Positions 39,496 to 50,521 of a DNA stretch of 64,000 nucleotides are shown piece by piece. The stretch is taken from assembly GCA_038214755.1 (NCBI GenBank), contig JBBQRQ010000002.1, positions 73,398 to 137,397 on the forward strand, in the 5' to 3' direction. The position numbers were made by a program, and so were the translations under genes. The notes beneath the pieces were generated by a model. It worked only from the letters and a program-made list of their open reading frames with translations. It did not search any database and was not told where the DNA came from. Every line of letters begins with the position of its first letter. Within the stretch, counting starts at the first letter, position 1. Origin of the DNA: Verrucomicrobiota bacterium (GTDB taxonomy: Bacteria > Verrucomicrobiota > Verrucomicrobiia > Limisphaerales > CANJXF01).

Positions 39496-39688
39496 CGTAA
39501 CTATTCAGTAGAGAAAGGTTGCTCGCCTCACCCTAACGCTCTCCCCCGAGGAGAGGGAACTTGGAATCATCATCACGCTCGATCAGTCACTCAATGGTGA
39601 ACATTTTCCAGCACTCAATATATTCTCCCTCTCCTCGGAGGAGAGGGCTGGGGTGAGGTCGAGCGTTTCTTTCCAACGAATAGTTACG
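39496..39688. mobile_element. MITE-like element with TIR CGTAACTATTC enclosing CCTCACCC/GGGTGAGG REP
   Basis: CGTAACTATTC...GAATAGTTACG. Confidence 0.65.
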
Positions 39689-39863
39689 GCCTTAGCCATA
39701 TCTATTCAGTCGGAATTCAACGGAAAGACAGAAGGTGGACACCGCCTCACCGGAGCCGACAACTGGCGCTGACCAAACAGTGACGGCCGAGATTGCCAGC
39801 AAAATTTTTCGAACCTTTGCGCCTTCGCACTTTCTGCGTCTGTGCGTTAAAAGTCTTCGGGCG

Positions 39864-40088
39864 TTAATGTCCGTTCTTTTGCACCTTGCTCCTTCTGCCC
39901 GGGCGAACTGACACGACATGCAATGGATCAATGATGTCAAGAAATCCGTTCTGGTGCTCCACAACGATGTTGTGCCTACCTATGAGCACGAATTCAGAAT
40001 GAGGAACGGAATATTCGTTACCGTCAGAAGTACGAATTAGGAACGGCCCTCGACCCGACAAGTTTTGGCGAATGAGTTCGCGATTCAT
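39864..40088 (-). CDS. Small hypothetical protein
   Basis: PFLIRTSDGNEYSVPHSEF, typical of small PVC proteins. Confidence 0.6.
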   Translation of the reverse strand: MNRELIRQNLSGRGPFLIRTSDGNEYSVPHSEFVLIGRHNIVVEHQNGFLDIIDPLHVVSVRPGRRSKVQKNGH

Positions 40089-40141
40089 AAGATTTTATTC
40101 GCAGTGGAATGAGACAGGGTCAAGCCTTCTGTTTCCTGGAG

Positions 40142-41288
40142 TTATTCCTCTTCATCCTTCACACCCTGAATTCGTTTCGTCGGGCAACCGGCGCGCAACC
40201 ACGCGTTGACGTATTGATCCAGATCGCCGTCCATCACGCCTTGCACATCACTCGTTTCCACTCCGGTGCGCAAATCTTTTACCATTCGGTAGGGTTGAAA
40301 AACATAACTGCGAATTTGATTTCCCCACGAGACGCTGCCTTTTTCGCCGTAAAATTTTTCCATGTCCGCCTTCTGCGCATCGACGCGTTGCGCATAAATT
40401 CGCGAGAGCAAAAGCGTCATGGCCGTGGCGCGATTCTGATGTTGCGAACGCTGGGCTTGGGAGGCGACCACCAGACCGGTGGGAAGGTGCGTGATGCGAA
40501 CAGCGGTTTCGACTTTGTTGACGTTTTGTCCGCCTTTGCCGCCCGACCGAAATGTATCAACTTGAAATTCGTTCGGCGGGATTTGCAGGTCGGATGACGT
40601 TGCTTCAATTTCGGCAATGGCATCGACGCTGGCAAAACTGGTGTGGCGTCGCTTGTTGGAATCGAATGGAGAAATGCGCACCAGCCGATGCACGCCGCGT
40701 TCGGCTTTGCAAAACCCGTAGGCGTTTTCACCCTGGACGAGCATCGTCACGCTTTTGATTCCGGCAGTTTCTCCGGCGAGCGCGTCGGTGATTTCCAGTT
40801 CCCAGCCACGCGATTCGCACCAGCGCTGATACATTCGCAAAAGCATGTTCGCCCAATCGCAGGATTCAGTGCCGCCCGCGCCGGCGTTGATGCTGAGGAT
40901 GCAATTATTTTTGTCGTGTGGCCCGTTGAGAAAAACTTTCAACTCAGCGGCTTCGAGTTCGCGAAAAAATTTCGCCAAATCAATTTCAAGTTCTTTTTCG
41001 ATTTTGGCTTGGGACGCTTCGGATTCACCCTCGCCCAATTCGACCATCACTTGAAAATCTTCGAGTTGTTTTTCCGCTTTGAGGAGCGGCTCGATCTTTT
41101 TTCGCAGGATGCTCGCTTCGTCGAGGGTTTTTTGCGCTTGCTCGCGATTGTTCCAGAAATTGTCCTGGGCCATCACGTCGTCCAACTCCATCAAACGTTT
41201 CTGCGTATTGGCGACGTCAAAGAAACCTCCGCAGGTGGGCGAGTTTTTCCGAGGCGTTGGTCAACTGGGCTGAGATCGTTTCGAACAT
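40142..41288 (-). CDS. prfB: Peptide chain release factor 2 with programmed +1 frameshift
   Basis: MFETISAQ...RRFL then GGAGG-TTT-CTT-TGA-C at 41216-41230; SPF and GGQ motifs. Confidence 0.95.
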
Positions 41289-41338
41289 GCGGGAAATTTA
41301 CAGGAGTCCGGGACGGGAGACCAGCGCGAAGACCCCGG

Positions 41339-41487
41339 GAAATCCGAATTCCGAAATCCGAGAGCCGAAAGAAATCCGAAGCCCGAAGACTAAAAGTGCT
41401 GCGGAACGGTCGGGTCGCAAAGCGCTTTTGCGGTCGTTGGCGCGGACCGGAAGTCGTTTTCGGTGTTCGGATTTCGGCGTTCGGATT
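41339..41487. repeat. Heptamer-repeat hairpin (AATCCGA)n...(TCGGATT)n
   Basis: Degenerate 7-mers inverted. Confidence 0.65.
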
Positions 41488-41513
41488 AAACCATCCGCCG
41501 TCGTGATAAGATC

Positions 41514-41620
41514 GGAGCGCGCGGCTTCAGCCCGCTTCACTGTTCGAAGTTGTGCGGCTTTATAAAAAATCTGGGGCGATGGATGGTCGCGAGTTGAAGC
41601 GGCGTTGAACGCCGCGCTCC
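41514..41620. repeat. GGAGC-type REP doublet
   Basis: GGAGCGCGCGGCTTCAGCCCGCTTCA...TGAAGCGGCGTTGAACGCCGCGCTCC. Confidence 0.7.
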
Positions 41621-41693
41621 ATTGCCAGCGATCCGCGTCAATTCAGCAGACAATTAGATTGAAACTTCACGCCGCTTGCCGCAAAAAATTCTC

Positions 41694-42107
41694 ATGGCAA
41701 ATCCACTTCCAGAATGGCGCTTCGTTTCCTTCGATGAAGCGGAGGTCGAACTTCTGCCCGGTAAAACGCATTATTGGTTTTGCAAACCCGGCATGGTGCG
41801 CGACACCAATTTGATGTTCGTTCGCGCGCAACTCCCTCCCGGCGAAGCGCACAAATTTCATTTTCATCCGAAGATGGAGGAAATTCTTTACATCCTTTCC
41901 GGCACCGCCGAGCAATGGGTGGAGCGCGGAAAAAAAACCATGCGCGCGGGCGATTCACTTTATCTCCCCGCCGGAATTGTGCATGGCACTTACAACGCGG
42001 GCGCCGACACGCTTGATTTTTTAGCGATCCTTTCTCCCGCAAAAAGCGAAGGGCCCGTGACCATTGAGGTCGGCGGGGAAAAACCGTGGAGCACGTTGCG
42101 AAAATAA
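41694..42107 (+). CDS. Cupin domain protein
   Basis: HKFHFHPKMEEILYILSG...GDSLYLPAGIVH. Confidence 0.88.
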   Translation: MANPLPEWRFVSFDEAEVELLPGKTHYWFCKPGMVRDTNLMFVRAQLPPGEAHKFHFHPKMEEILYILSGTAEQWVERGKKTMRAGDSLYLPAGIVHGTYNAGADTLDFLAILSPAKSEGPVTIEVGGEKPWSTLRK

Positions 42108-42269
42108 TTTGATCCGTTTTACGGATGGTCGTCCTTGAAAGGGTCGCGAATGCGTTTGCCGTGATCGTCGGACACAATCACTTCTGCCGATCACGGGCGA
42201 GAACTGCGAGCATAACGGTGCCCGGAATCGAACCCTGTGGTCCTCCGCAGACGTCTCAAACTTAAAACG

Positions 42270-43358
42270 TCATCCCAAAATTCGTTTGCCTTCGCTGAGG
42301 AAAATTCCCTGGAAATTCATTTCCAGCGCTTGTGCGTTCGTGGCTTTGGCCAGCGCTTCTTCGCGTGAAACTTTTCCTTGTTGCACGAGCAGCAATAACG
42401 ATTGATTGAAATTCAACATTCCATCGTCGGTGCCCGTCTCGATGGCGGCGGGCAGTTTATCGAGGCGATTTTCTTCAATCAATTTTCGCACGGTGCCAGT
42501 GTTCAAAAGAATTTCCTGCGCGGGTGTCATGCCACCGGCGAGAGTGGGAACCATGCGTTGGCAAACCACGGCCTGCAAAGTTCCGGCGAGTTGGCGGCGG
42601 ACCTGTTCGCGTTCCTCCGCTTTGAAGAAATCCAGGATGCGGTTGACCGACTGCGCGGCGTTGGTCGTGTGCAACGTCGAGAGCACGAGATGCCCGGTGT
42701 CCGCCGCGCTCATCGCCGCGGAAAAACTCGTCGCGTCGCGCATCTCCCCGACCATGATGATGTCCGGGTCCTGACGCAAAACATGTTTGAGCGCGTGCTC
42801 GAACGACAAGGTGTCCAACCCAACTTCGCGCTGTTCGATGATCGATTGATTGTCTTCGAAAACATATTCAATCGGGTCTTCCATCGTGATGATATGTTTG
42901 CGGCTGTTGGCGTTGATGTATTCGATCATGGCGGCAAGCGTCGTGGATTTGCCGCAGCCTGTGGAGCCAGCGAGCAGGACGATGCCGCGCGGCGATTGCG
43001 CAATTTTTTTCAAAACTTCCAACAAGCCGAGTTCTTCAAAAGTGGGCACTTGCGTTTTGACGAAGCGCATGGCGAGACAATATTGACCGCGCTGTTGAAA
43101 AAGGTTTGTGCGGAATCGTCCGACGCCGGGGAGGAAATAGGAGAAATCAATTTCGTGATCTTCCTCGAGACGTTTTGTCAAATGTTTGGGAACGATATTG
43201 TCCACGACCGTTTGCATCCACGGCGCGGTGGGAGCGGGCGCTTCGATGGCGACTAAGTTGCGGTTGATGCGAAAGACAATCGGGTTGTCGATTTTGATGT
43301 GAACATCGGAAGCGCCGCCTTCGACAGCGGTGGTTAAAATGCGTCGAAAAATTTCCAT
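42270..43358 (-). CDS. pilT: PilT/PilU type IV pilus retraction ATPase
   Basis: ASDVHI, GSTGCGKST, EDPIE, LRQDPDIIMVGEMRD, TGHLVLSTLH. Confidence 0.88.
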   Translation of the reverse strand: MEIFRRILTTAVEGGASDVHIKIDNPIVFRINRNLVAIEAPAPTAPWMQTVVDNIVPKHLTKRLEEDHEIDFSYFLPGVGRFRTNLFQQRGQYCLAMRFVKTQVPTFEELGLLEVLKKIAQSPRGIVLLAGSTGCGKSTTLAAMIEYINANSRKHIITMEDPIEYVFEDNQSIIEQREVGLDTLSFEHALKHVLRQDPDIIMVGEMRDATSFSAAMSAADTGHLVLSTLHTTNAAQSVNRILDFFKAEEREQVRRQLAGTLQAVVCQRMVPTLAGGMTPAQEILLNTGTVRKLIEENRLDKLPAAIETGTDDGMLNFNQSLLLLVQQGKVSREEALAKATNAQALEMNFQGIFLSEGKRILG

Positions 43359-43418
43359 GCGAAAACTTTAGCAGACCCACGCGAGCGTGGGCAAATAGAA
43401 CTCGTCGGCCATCCGTGA

Positions 43419-43682
43419 CGGAGCGCCGGTTTGCAACCGGCTTTGCGTCAATGCGCCGAGACCAAGCCGGAACGATTCAGTTCGCTACGTGCCAGAGCGG
43501 CGACGGGCTGATGGTGCGAAGGAGCGCGGAATTTATTCCGCTTCCGGGTGACACGCTGTTTGGTGCGCGGTGATCGTAAGTCGTGTTCGAGTTGAAGCGG
43601 AATAAATTCCGCGCTCCGGTCTTTGGACGTTGCTGTCTCAGTTGAATCGGTTCGGTTAAGCCGGTTGCAAACCGGCGCTCCG
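43419..43682. repeat. Nested GGAGC-type REP doublets
   Basis: Outer GGAGCGCCGGTTTGCAACCGGCTT; inner GGAGCGCGGAATTTATTCCGCTT (43521-43617). Confidence 0.8.
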
Positions 43683-43819
43683 AGAGGTTTGCGACTTTGC
43701 CGCTCTGTGCGTTGGCGCTGCGAAAGATGACAATACTGTAATCGCGGTGTCATTGACGGTTCATCCTGAATCTGCAAATTTTGCGTTCGCCATTCGTGAT
43801 CGGGAAGATTTCAGATGTT

Positions 43820-45079
43820 ATGAAAAAAATAATTTTTATTCTTTGTGCGGGCGCTGTTGGATTTGTTTTCGCGTGGACAATGGTTTCGCAACGTTCTGCG
43901 CAAACACTCCTGCGCGAACGGGCACTTTGGGAGAATGAGAAGTCCGCTTTGCAGACGGGGTTGGACAGCGCGCGCAGCCGTAAAAGAGCGGCTCCATCGG
44001 TGATTGAGAAAACGAAATTCGTTGGCGTGAAAGAAGAAATTAGTCCGCGCGAAATCATTGACCGCCTTCAGAAAATTAAAATTTCCTCCGGCGTCGGCCA
44101 GAACAAAAACACCCGCCTCGCCATTCACCAGTTTGAAATTCTCATCGCGCTCGGCCCATCCGCGCTGCCGGCCATTCGGGAATTTCTGCTGCGCAACGAA
44201 GAGATCGATTACGAATCAGGGTTCAATAAAAAAGAGTCCAAAGATGGAAAGATGGCGACGGATTTTGTGCTGCCGCCGTCGTTGCGCTTTGGTTTGTTCG
44301 ACGCGGTGAAACAGATTGGCGGAAGCGACGCGGAAAAATTATTGGCGGAAATTTTGGGCGGGACCGGGCGCGGCGCAGAAGTCGCCTACCTCGCTCGCGC
44401 CTTGCAGGAAATGGCCCCGAACAAATATCGCGACATCAGCCTCCATGCCGCGCGCGAATTGCTCTCCGCTCCTCTCGCCGCCAACGCGTCCGGCCTCGAC
44501 AAATACGACCGCGAATATCTTTACGGCGTGTTGGCCCTCTACGGCGATGCCAGTTTGACCGCGCTGGCGCAGACTCAATTGATTCGTTCCGATGGCGGGA
44601 TTGATCGCGGCGCGTTGCAATATTTGCAGCAGACGATGGGCGTGCAAGCCTTGCCGGCGATTGCCCAAGCTTATCAGGACGCGACTCTTGATCCGTCGAA
44701 AAAAGAGCCGCTCGTGCGTTACGCGTTGAGTTTTGCCGGCGCGGATGAGCAGGCCACTGCGTTCTGGCACAAAGCGATTACCGATCCCGCCTTGCCCTTC
44801 GGCCAACGCCGCGAGTTGATTGAAGACTTGAATCAGGACGGTTTTCAAAATGAAAAAAATCCGACGGCGCGAGATGCGCAACTCATCGCCCAGCGGCTGG
44901 CGCTCGTTGATCAACTTCATAATGAGATTGATAATCCCGTTCTTAAGGACGCCTGGAGAGAAGCGGGTAAAGATTTGCAGAACATGGGTCTGAAATATCT
45001 TTCCCAACCTGAAGCGCCCTACGCATTGGGAAAAGATTTAAAAGATTTGCGCCTCAGATTGTCCCAAACAACTCCGTAG
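43820..45079 (+). CDS. Membrane-anchored helical hypothetical protein
   Basis: N-terminal TM, HEAT-like helices. Confidence 0.65.
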   Translation: MKKIIFILCAGAVGFVFAWTMVSQRSAQTLLRERALWENEKSALQTGLDSARSRKRAAPSVIEKTKFVGVKEEISPREIIDRLQKIKISSGVGQNKNTRLAIHQFEILIALGPSALPAIREFLLRNEEIDYESGFNKKESKDGKMATDFVLPPSLRFGLFDAVKQIGGSDAEKLLAEILGGTGRGAEVAYLARALQEMAPNKYRDISLHAARELLSAPLAANASGLDKYDREYLYGVLALYGDASLTALAQTQLIRSDGGIDRGALQYLQQTMGVQALPAIAQAYQDATLDPSKKEPLVRYALSFAGADEQATAFWHKAITDPALPFGQRRELIEDLNQDGFQNEKNPTARDAQLIAQRLALVDQLHNEIDNPVLKDAWREAGKDLQNMGLKYLSQPEAPYALGKDLKDLRLRLSQTTP

Positions 45080-45100
45080 AACTGTTTTAATAAAACCATT

Positions 45101-45805
45101 ATGAATCACAAAACTATTGCTTCGCTTCTGTTGGTTGCCGCTGCTCTCGCTCCGACCACAAATTTCGCCAAAGAAAAAAAAGAGAGTTGGAAAGATAATC
45201 TCACTCCGCCCGATGAAAAATTTTCCAGCACCGGCCGCAATACTTATTTCATTCTGGAGCCGGGCTATCAACTCGTGCTCGAAGGCGAGGAGGATGGAAA
45301 GAAAACCGTGTTGACCATCACCGTTCTCAACGAGACGAAAAAAATTGACGGTGTTGAAACGCGCGTCGTCGAAGAAAATGAAAAGATGGACGGCAAAGTC
45401 GTTGAAATCTCCCGGAATTATTTCGCCATCGGTGTCGATACAAAAAACGCCTATTACTTCGGCGAAGACGTGGACATTTACAAAGATGGCAAGGTTGTTC
45501 ACGAGGGTTCCTGGCACGCGGGCGAGAATGGGGCAAAACATGGGATCATGATTCCCGGCGAACTCAAAGTCGGCGACCGCTATTATCAGGAGCGCGCTCC
45601 GAAAATCGCGATGGATCGCGGAGAGAATATTTCCATCACTGAAGCGGTGAAAACTCCCGCGGGCGATTTCAAAAATTGTTTAAAAGTAAAAGAAACCACA
45701 CCCATCGAACCTGGCACCGAGTATAAACTTTATGCGCCAGAAGTCGGTTTAGTGGTGGAGGGCGAATTGAAGCTCGTTAAACACGGCTTCGTGAAAAAGC
45801 CTTAA
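45101..45805 (+). CDS. Secreted hypothetical protein
   Basis: Signal peptide; YYFGEDV, TPAGDFKNCL, YAPEVGLV. Confidence 0.75.
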   Translation: MNHKTIASLLLVAAALAPTTNFAKEKKESWKDNLTPPDEKFSSTGRNTYFILEPGYQLVLEGEEDGKKTVLTITVLNETKKIDGVETRVVEENEKMDGKVVEISRNYFAIGVDTKNAYYFGEDVDIYKDGKVVHEGSWHAGENGAKHGIMIPGELKVGDRYYQERAPKIAMDRGENISITEAVKTPAGDFKNCLKVKETTPIEPGTEYKLYAPEVGLVVEGELKLVKHGFVKKP

Positions 45806-45823
45806 AATTTTTTGCTTGGTTCC

Positions 45824-45973
45824 GTAGCCGCCGCCGCTGGAACGCCGATCTACTGATCGGCTCGTGGCCAGCGAAACGTTTCTTCCGAGCCGATCAGGAG
45901 ATCGCCGTTCCTACCGGGCCTTGGCTGCGATGGCCGGTGGGCGACCAAGACCTCCACTCACGTCATCGGCTGC
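45824..45973. repeat. Nested REP elements
   Basis: Degenerate GTAGCCGCCG outer ends; inner GGAACGCCGATC...GATCGCCGTTCC (45839-45911). Confidence 0.6.
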
Positions 45974-45976
45974 CTG

Positions 45977-46648
45977 CTACGCTTCCGGCGTGAATCCCAT
46001 CACGATATCGAAACGCGCGGCGAGTTCGTTGGCGCGCGAATTTTTCATTGGGACAAATGGGATGATGACAGATTTTTTTGCTTTCGCGTCTTTGATGGCG
46101 TTAAGCACAAAATCCTTTTCGTTCTGAGCTTCTCCCGCGACGTAGCATTGCGTCGTGAATTTTTCCCGCCCTTTAAGTTTCACCGCGTAATGAATGTGCG
46201 GAGTTCGACCAGGATATCGAACAGGTTTGATCGTGCGAAAAAGATATTCGCCCGTCGAGCCGGTGAAAAATCGTCCGAACCCCTGAAAGTTTGTGTCGCG
46301 CGTTTCATGCTGGTTACTGCCGCTGTGTAAATAAACGCCGTTCTTGTCCGTCTGCCAAATTTCGACGAGCGCATTGCGAATGGGGTCGCCGCGAGAATCG
46401 AGTATTCGCCCACTCAAATAGGTGACCTCACCCACCGCCGGAGTCACCGAGTCGTTGACGATGACGAGATCGTTGTCGGTGTCGAGAGGAAGATGGTCGG
46501 GATAGAAAGGGCCTTCGGTTTGGCGCGGTGTGCGAACCAGCTCCTCCGCGAACGCGCCCGGAACCGTGAGGAACAGCGTGGCCCAAGAAAGTTGCCCGAT
46601 GAACTTTCGTCGATCCTGGTTGGGAAGATTTTGCGTGGTGGTATTCAT
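45977..46648 (-). CDS. Intradiol ring-cleavage dioxygenase-like protein, Tat-like signal
   Basis: RRKF, EGPFY, EIWQ..GVY, RTPHIH. Confidence 0.85.
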   Translation of the reverse strand: MNTTTQNLPNQDRRKFIGQLSWATLFLTVPGAFAEELVRTPRQTEGPFYPDHLPLDTDNDLVIVNDSVTPAVGEVTYLSGRILDSRGDPIRNALVEIWQTDKNGVYLHSGSNQHETRDTNFQGFGRFFTGSTGEYLFRTIKPVRYPGRTPHIHYAVKLKGREKFTTQCYVAGEAQNEKDFVLNAIKDAKAKKSVIIPFVPMKNSRANELAARFDIVMGFTPEA

Positions 46649-46710
46649 AATTCCACCATAGCGAAAAATGAAATCACTGCGAGAAAATTTATGACTGCAA
46701 AAACGCGGGG

Positions 46711-46958
46711 GGGGTAGCATCTGCCTCCGGCGGGTGCGAAAATTCTTCATTCAATAATTCTGGCCCGCCAATTCGTAGCGCAGCTTTGCAAGCTGCCGTA
46801 TCGCAGGTTTCAAACCTGCGTGAATTTAAACGTTCAAACGCGCCGGGTTTTTGGAACGTCTTGCCGGTTACAAACCGGCGATACGGCAGGATGCAATCCT
46901 GCGCTACGCTCTGAACATCGAAAGTGAATTCGCACCCGCTGGAGGCAGATGCTACCCC
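46711..46958. repeat. GGGTAGCATCTGCC REP doublet with nested GTAGCGCAG REP doublet
   Basis: Inner element 46774-46908. Confidence 0.8.
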
Positions 46959-47010
46959 GATAAAAATCTTCTCTTGCCTTATCCGCTCCTGGTCAATTCT
47001 CATGCTGCCG

Positions 47011-47691
47011 ATGAAGAAATATTGTTCCGAATTTCTCGGCACTTTCGCGTTGGTCTTCGCCGGAACAGGCGCAATCGTCATCGATCAAGTCAGCCACGGG
47101 AGCGTCTCGCACGTCGGGATTTCGCTCACCTTTGGGCTGATTATTCTGTCGATGATTTACACCTTCGGCGATGTCTCAGGCGCTCATTTCAATCCGGCGG
47201 TCACGATTGGTTTTTGGGTGGCGCGCCGTTTGGAAGGGCGATTCGTTTTGCCGTATATCGTCAGCCAGTGCCTCGGCGCAATAACGGCCAGCATCGTGTT
47301 GCGATTACTGTTTCCAAAAAATATTTTACTCGGCGCCACGATGCCCGCAGGCACGGACTGGCAATCGTTTGTTCTGGAATTTATTCTCACATTTTTTTTG
47401 ATGCTCGTCATCCTCAACGTCTCCACCGGCGCGAAAGAAAAGGGCGTGACGGCCGGCATCGCCATCGGTTCAGTGATCGGGTTGGAAGCGATGTTCGCCG
47501 GACCGATTTCCGGCGCGTCAATGAATCCCGCCCGCTCGCTCGCGCCCGCGATTGTCTCCCGCCACCTGGAACATCTCTGGATTTATTTGGCCGCGCCGAT
47601 TCTGGGAGCGATTGCGGCGAAGTTCGCTTGCCAATGCGTCCGCGAACAAAATTGCTGCACGGCCTCATCGAAAATTCCATCGGATGAATAA
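47011..47691 (+). CDS. MIP aquaporin/aquaglyceroporin
   Basis: [10 protein letters not shown] and SMNPARS; Cys-rich tail. Confidence 0.92.
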   Translation: MKKYCSEFLGTFALVFAGTGAIVIDQVSHGSVSHVGISLTFGLIILSMIYTFGDVSGAHFNPAVTIGFWVARRLEGRFVLPYIVSQCLGAITASIVLRLLFPKNILLGATMPAGTDWQSFVLEFILTFFLMLVILNVSTGAKEKGVTAGIAIGSVIGLEAMFAGPISGASMNPARSLAPAIVSRHLEHLWIYLAAPILGAIAAKFACQCVREQNCCTASSKIPSDE

Positions 47692-48139
47692 GATTTTAAA
47701 ACCAACCGTTCTCATTCTTTGCACGGGAAATTCCTGTCGCAGCCATTTGGCCGAAGGAATTTTGCGAGCGAAAGCGGGCGACCTTCTCGACGTGCAAAGC
47801 GCGGGCAGCAAACCCGGCGGTTGCGTCCATCCTCTCGCGATCAAAGTGATGGCGGAAATCGGGATTGATATTTCGCAACACCGCTCCAAGCACCTCGATC
47901 AATTTCTGGATAAAAAAATTGAGACGGTCATCACCGTTTGTGGAAACACGGATCAAGCGTGTCCAAATTTTCCGGGACAGGTGAATCGTCACCATTGGAG
48001 TTTTTTCGATCCGGCAACAGCGGAAGGAACGGAGGCAGAGAGATTAAGAATCTTCCGGCAGGTCCGCGACGAAATCCAACGGGTCTTCGAAGCCTACGCG
48101 GCTGGTCGCCGTGATCAGATCGAAGCGCAGGCGAGATAA
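47684..48139 (+). CDS. arsC: Arsenate reductase, LMW-PTP fold
   Basis: [11 protein letters not shown]...ACP, DP. Confidence 0.88.
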   Translation: MNKILKPTVLILCTGNSCRSHLAEGILRAKAGDLLDVQSAGSKPGGCVHPLAIKVMAEIGIDISQHRSKHLDQFLDKKIETVITVCGNTDQACPNFPGQVNRHHWSFFDPATAEGTEAERLRIFRQVRDEIQRVFEAYAAGRRDQIEAQAR

Positions 48140-48160
48140 TTTTTCGAGCGAAAGAAAAGA

Positions 48161-49561
48161 ATGAACACGGGACAAAATAATTTGGCGGGCACAGGACGTC
48201 GCTGCATCAATCCACCGCCGAACATCGCGCATGGAGGCTGGGGCGCGCAGAAGCACGAACAGGCGGAGGGCATCGACATGGATTTGTGGGTGACGGCGTT
48301 GGCGTTGTCGGACCACACGACGACGGCAATCGTGCTCGATGTTGACATTCAAATTCTGACCAACCAACGCGCTGATCAAATTCGCAAAGCCGTGAGCAAC
48401 GCGATAAAAATTCCGATTCAAAATATTCGCGCCTCGGCCACGCACACTCATTCCGGGCCGGTGCCGTATAAAAGTTGGATCGAAAAAGGTTTCGAGATGG
48501 TCGAGCCGTGGTTTGAAAATCTGGCGCGCTGGGCGGCCGAAGCGGCCATGGAAGCGATGGCGAATTTGCAGCCGATTGAAGCGCGCGCTGGACGCGGCCA
48601 ATGTCACATCAACACCAATCGTCGCGCGGTCACGGCGAGCGGTGAACGATTTCTCGGAATCAATCCCGACGGCACTTGCGATCACGAAGTTCTCCTCGTG
48701 AAACTGGATTTGCTCGACGGAAAAACTTTGGCGACACTGGTGAACTTCGCCTGCCACGCGACGATCATGGGCCCCCCTTGCCGAGTGATTACGCCCGATT
48801 ATCCCGGCGCGATGAAACGTGTGGTCGAGGCGGCGCTCGGCGGAAAATGTTTTTTTCTGCAAGGCGCAGCGGGCGATCAAGGGCCGCTGCAAAGTTTTAT
48901 TGCGGACACTTCCGTTTACAAAAAACTTGGCGCAATCCTTGGACATGAAGTGGCAAAAATCGCGTTGAGTTTGAAGAGTATTCCGGCCACGCCGAAATTT
49001 CGTGAAGTGATTCCCTCCGGCGCGCCCCTCGGCATGTACGATTGCGAATTTCCTCCGCTCAAAACGACTCCCTTGCGCGTGATGGAGAAAGAAATTTCCG
49101 TTCCATTGCGCGAAGGCCTCCCGGAAAAAACAACCGCTGCTGAAAAACTGGAATTTTGGAAACAAAAACTGACAGTCGCACGCGAGAAGAACGATACAGT
49201 TGCGATCACCGAAGCGACTTATATGGCGCGCCGCGCGGACATTCAATTGCGCATGGCCGATGATTTTGGCGGCAAAAGCAACGCCGGAGTGCGCACGCAT
49301 TTTGTCACGTTCGGCGATGTGGCCATGGTCGGTTGTAACATTGAGCCATTTGCAGAAACAGGTCTGGCGATAAAAAAAGCGTCGCCCTTTCCAATGACGT
49401 TTATGTCCGGTTACACCAACGGGCGCATGGCCTACATGGCGACGGCGGAGGAGTGGCCGAAGGGCGGATACGAAGTGGAGAATTCGCCATTTGGTCAGGA
49501 CGCGGCGGAAGTTTTTCAGAGCGAAATTTTAAAAATCCTGAGTGCGCTGCGACAAAATTAG
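48161..49561 (+). CDS. Neutral/alkaline ceramidase N-terminal-like amidohydrolase
   Basis: ATHTHSGP, NFACH, DYPG, QGAAGDQ, GGYE. Confidence 0.75.
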   Translation: MNTGQNNLAGTGRRCINPPPNIAHGGWGAQKHEQAEGIDMDLWVTALALSDHTTTAIVLDVDIQILTNQRADQIRKAVSNAIKIPIQNIRASATHTHSGPVPYKSWIEKGFEMVEPWFENLARWAAEAAMEAMANLQPIEARAGRGQCHINTNRRAVTASGERFLGINPDGTCDHEVLLVKLDLLDGKTLATLVNFACHATIMGPPCRVITPDYPGAMKRVVEAALGGKCFFLQGAAGDQGPLQSFIADTSVYKKLGAILGHEVAKIALSLKSIPATPKFREVIPSGAPLGMYDCEFPPLKTTPLRVMEKEISVPLREGLPEKTTAAEKLEFWKQKLTVAREKNDTVAITEATYMARRADIQLRMADDFGGKSNAGVRTHFVTFGDVAMVGCNIEPFAETGLAIKKASPFPMTFMSGYTNGRMAYMATAEEWPKGGYEVENSPFGQDAAEVFQSEILKILSALRQN

Positions 49562-49753
49562 CATTTTGGAAATCGTGATTTAACATCTTCGTTCTCTCGC
49601 AACAACCCGCATCCCGCATTTCATGCACGCGATCTTTTTTTGTCGGGTCTCGCTGGTGTCATCGCATGATTACAATTTTGCGTTGGCGATTCATCCGGCC
49701 CTTGGGCGACTTGAGCGCTTGCTCGTATTGGAGCAGGCAAGTAGGATAAGCGC

Positions 49754-49987
49754 ATGAAAACCGTTACCCTTACCGCACATTTTGACGGAAAGAACATTCA
49801 ACTGGACGAGCCTTTTCAGTTGCCTTCTGCGGCACGGCTTCTGGTTACGATTCTTCCCGATCCATCTGCCAATACAGAACGACAGGACTGGTCCGCGCTC
49901 TCCAAAGCCGGTTTGGCCCGTGCATACTCAGACGATGAGCCGGATTACCCCGCCAGCCTCGTCCGCATTCACAGCAATCCCCGATGA
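49754..49987 (+). CDS. Putative antitoxin
   Basis: AHFDGKNIQLDEP...LARAYSDDEPDY; overlaps mazF-like start. Confidence 0.7.
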   Translation: MKTVTLTAHFDGKNIQLDEPFQLPSAARLLVTILPDPSANTERQDWSALSKAGLARAYSDDEPDYPASLVRIHSNPR

Positions 49988-50334
49988 AAGAAGGCGACGT
50001 AGTGCTGACGCCCTTTCCGCAGGCGGACGGCAAAAACAAAAACCGCCCGGCGATCGTTTTGCGCGTCATGCCGCCGTTCGGCGATCTGCTGGTGTGCGGT
50101 ATCAGCCGGCAGTTGCGTCACCGAGTTGCTGATTTTGATGAGGTCATTGCCATAACGGACGCGGACTTCGATTCGAGCCGCTTGATGGACACTTCGCTCA
50201 TCCGGCTCGGGTTTCTCGCGCTCCTCCCCGCGTCAGAGTTCCTTGGAGATATTGGTTCGATCTCGACGGAGCGTCATCATCGTTTGCTGCGCCGTCTTGC
50301 AAGCTATCTGCAAGAGCCTGCTCTTGAACCGTAA
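49984..50334 (+). CDS. PemK/MazF family toxin
   Basis: GDVVLTPFPQADGKNKNRPAIVL. Confidence 0.8.
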   Translation: MKEGDVVLTPFPQADGKNKNRPAIVLRVMPPFGDLLVCGISRQLRHRVADFDEVIAITDADFDSSRLMDTSLIRLGFLALLPASEFLGDIGSISTERHHRLLRRLASYLQEPALEP

Positions 50335-50521
50335 GTCGCCGCCCGTTGGTCGGCCTGCGCAAATAACCTGTTCTGGGTTTTTAAAACGGAGAAAAAGACT
50401 TTCAACTGATTTTTTTCAACTTGTTTCAGTCGCTCCGCGAACCATCCAGAAAGCCCCGCTGCCTGAGCGGGCACGTCACTTTTTCAGTAGGCAATTAATT
50501 TCTCGCTGATAAATTCGCCCC

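Noticed and set aside
41216..41230. prfB frameshift as a novelty or sequencing error
   Set aside because: Canonical CTT-TGA-C autoregulatory site with internal SD
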